A stretch of DNA of 64,000 bases from Bacteroidota bacterium. GTDB taxonomy: Bacteria > Bacteroidota > Bacteroidia > Sphingobacteriales > Sphingobacteriaceae. This document shows positions 62,199-64,000 of the stretch, piece by piece. The stretch covers positions 28,493-92,492 of the forward strand of contig JABDAU010000002.1 in NCBI GenBank assembly GCA_013289045.1, read 5' to 3'. The position numbers and the translations under genes are program-made. The notes beneath the pieces are model-generated. The model was not told the DNA's origin, made no database searches, and saw only the letters and a list, made by a program, of their open reading frames with translations. Each line of letters opens with the position of its first letter. Position 1 is the stretch's first letter.

Positions 62199-63392
62199 AT
62201 GGAGGCCGAACGCAATTTACAACTACTGCTGCAGGATGAGGCTTTGCCCGCTGATCTGAAACACATTGCAGAAAAAGTACTCAATAGCGAACGCATTACC
62301 TTTGACGAAGGGGTGCTGCTTTTTGAGAAAGGTGAGCTGGGTTATTTAGGCGTGCTCGCCAATTATATCCGCGAAAAAAAACACGGCGACAATACCTATT
62401 TCAACCGCAATTTTCATATAGAGCCAACCAACCTTTGCGTGTACGACTGCAAATTCTGCTCGTACTCAAGGCTGATCAAACAGCGCTCGGAAGGCTGGGA
62501 GTATACCATGCAGGATATGCTGGATATTGTATATAAATATGATAACGAGCCGGTTACCGAAGTGCATATTGTAGGCGGTGTATTGCCGCAGTATGATGTT
62601 CGTTTTTATATGGAGCTGTTCAGCAAGATCAAAGCGCATCGCCCTGAATTGCACGTGAAGGCATTAACGCCGGTTGAATACCATTACATTTTCAAAAAGG
62701 CCAAAATAGATTATGCTACAGGCATGAAAATGATGATGGATGCCGGTTTGGAGTCGATACCAGGCGGTGGTGCGGAGATATTCCACCCGGAGATCCGTGA
62801 GCAGATAGCAAAAGATAAATGTACTGCCGACCAATGGATCGCCATCCACGAGGAATGGCATAAGCTGGGCGGCCGCTCAAATGCAACCATGCTTTACGGG
62901 CATATCGAGCAGTTCTGGCACAGGGTAGACCATATGGACAGACTGCGCAACCTGCAGGACAGGACCGGCGGTTTCCAAACCTTTATTCCGTTGAAATTCA
63001 GGAATAAAGACAACCAGATGTCGCATGTGCCGGAGACGACCGTTGTTGAAGACTTGCGGAATTACGCTATCGCGAGGATCTACCTGGATAATTTTGATCA
63101 CATCAAAGCTTATTGGGCAATGATCAGCCGTACTACGGCACAGCTATCCCTTAATTTTGGTGTGGATGATATCGACGGTACGCTGGATGATACTACGAAG
63201 ATCTATTCGATGGCGGGTGCAGAAGAGCAGCACCCGGGGATGAGCACAAAGCAACTGGTAGAGCTGATAAAACAAGTAGGCAGGCACCCGATAGAAAGGG
63301 ATACGCTGTACAATGTGGTTACGGATTATAATAATTACGAATTCCCGGATGAGCCGAAGCCATCGTTTTATAAGCTGCCGGTAATTAACTAG
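62199..63392 (+). CDS. mqnE: Aminofutalosine synthase (radical SAM, futalosine menaquinone pathway)
   Basis: TNLCVYDCKFC, PGGGAEIF, TMLYGHIE, HIKAYW. Confidence 0.9.
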   Translation: MEAERNLQLLLQDEALPADLKHIAEKVLNSERITFDEGVLLFEKGELGYLGVLANYIREKKHGDNTYFNRNFHIEPTNLCVYDCKFCSYSRLIKQRSEGWEYTMQDMLDIVYKYDNEPVTEVHIVGGVLPQYDVRFYMELFSKIKAHRPELHVKALTPVEYHYIFKKAKIDYATGMKMMMDAGLESIPGGGAEIFHPEIREQIAKDKCTADQWIAIHEEWHKLGGRSNATMLYGHIEQFWHRVDHMDRLRNLQDRTGGFQTFIPLKFRNKDNQMSHVPETTVVEDLRNYAIARIYLDNFDHIKAYWAMISRTTAQLSLNFGVDDIDGTLDDTTKIYSMAGAEEQHPGMSTKQLVELIKQVGRHPIERDTLYNVVTDYNNYEFPDEPKPSFYKLPVIN

Positions 63393-63527
63393 TTTATTGG
63401 CTCACTGGTTCATTAGTTCATTGGTGAGCTTCGATAAGTATTAGTTCGATAAGATATTAAAGACATAACTATAACAAGTGTTCGTCGATCAGTACCAATG
63501 AACGAATGAACAAATGAACGAATGAAC
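63392..63527. repeat. Inverted pair of (TTCATTGG/AATGAACR) octamer arrays
   Basis: Left 63392-63425, right 63494-63527; last unit contains the ATG of the next gene. Confidence 0.75.
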
Positions 63528-64000
63528 CCAATTCAAAAAACGCTATACATCGTCCGCCACGGACAGACTGATCTGAATAAACAAGGTATTGTACAGGGCC
63601 GGGGCATGAATACCGACCTGAATGACGAGGGCCGCAGTCAGGCCCGCCAGTTTTTTGAGGCATATAAAAATGTGCCGTTCGATAAGATCTACATTTCCGA
63701 GCTGAAGCGCACACAGCAAAGTATACAGCAATTTATTGACCTCGGCACCCCGTTTGAAAAGCTGGCCGGGCTTGATGAACTGGCGTGGGGAGTTTTGGAA
63801 GGACAAGCCAGTTCACCAGAAACCAAAAACGCATTTATGAAACTGGTTCGGGATTGGGTGAGCGGCAACCTTGATGCTGCCATTGCTGAGGGTGAGAGCC
63901 CCAACCAGGTGATGGCGAGGCAGAAGGAAGCGATAAATATCATATTAAGTCACCCTGAAGAAGAGACGGTATTGATTTGCATGCATGGCCGGGCGATGCG
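63522..64000 (+). CDS. Histidine phosphatase (phosphoglycerate mutase-like) family protein, partial
   Basis: MNPIQKTLYIVRHGQTD (RHG), SELKRT, ...ICMHGRAM at window edge; not in ORF track because there is no stop. Confidence 0.9.
   Translation, partial: MNPIQKTLYIVRHGQTDLNKQGIVQGRGMNTDLNDEGRSQARQFFEAYKNVPFDKIYISELKRTQQSIQQFIDLGTPFEKLAGLDELAWGVLEGQASSPETKNAFMKLVRDWVSGNLDAAIAEGESPNQVMARQKEAINIILSHPEEETVLICMHGRAM

Noticed and set aside
62199-63392. mqnE as an unusual horizontally acquired gene
   Set aside because: Composition matches its neighbours and there are no mobility signatures; treated as ordinary menaquinone biosynthesis.

Overview
64 kb of chromosomal DNA from a Bacteroidota bacterium. 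Gene content, TAnnTTTG-type promoters and intergenic repeat families point to Sphingobacteriaceae, probably Mucilaginibacter-like (inference). Most of it is housekeeping or metabolic: dcp, ppc, rpsO-pnp, rpe, serC-serA, phoH-purC, rnz, mlaD/amidase/lptD-cinA, an E2 acyltransferase, metY-metX-hom under a SAM-I riboswitch, ssb and mqnE. I see no tRNA, rRNA, CRISPR array, transposase or prophage. The main unexplained feature is a ~490-nt non-coding transcription unit at ~9450-9943. It has its own strong promoter, a boxA-like element, a long 5'/3' closing helix, five GCAA and two UNCG tetraloop hairpins and an intrinsic terminator, and is a candidate large structured ncRNA that I cannot match to tmRNA, RNase P, 6S, SRP or an intron. 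Other notable items: (1) a 38-aa Cys-codon-rich leader ORF (...CICMCCCCC) between the SAM riboswitch and metY; (2) a three-gene exosortase/substrate module with a sigma54-type promoter; (3) CTAA-N5-TTAG operator-like boxes shared by the radical SAM/DUF4130 operon and a DUF763 gene; (4) a VapC-like toxin broken by two in-frame TAG codons; (5) an AurF-like gene frameshifted in a G7 run; (6) several REP-like and inverted heptamer/octamer repeat families.
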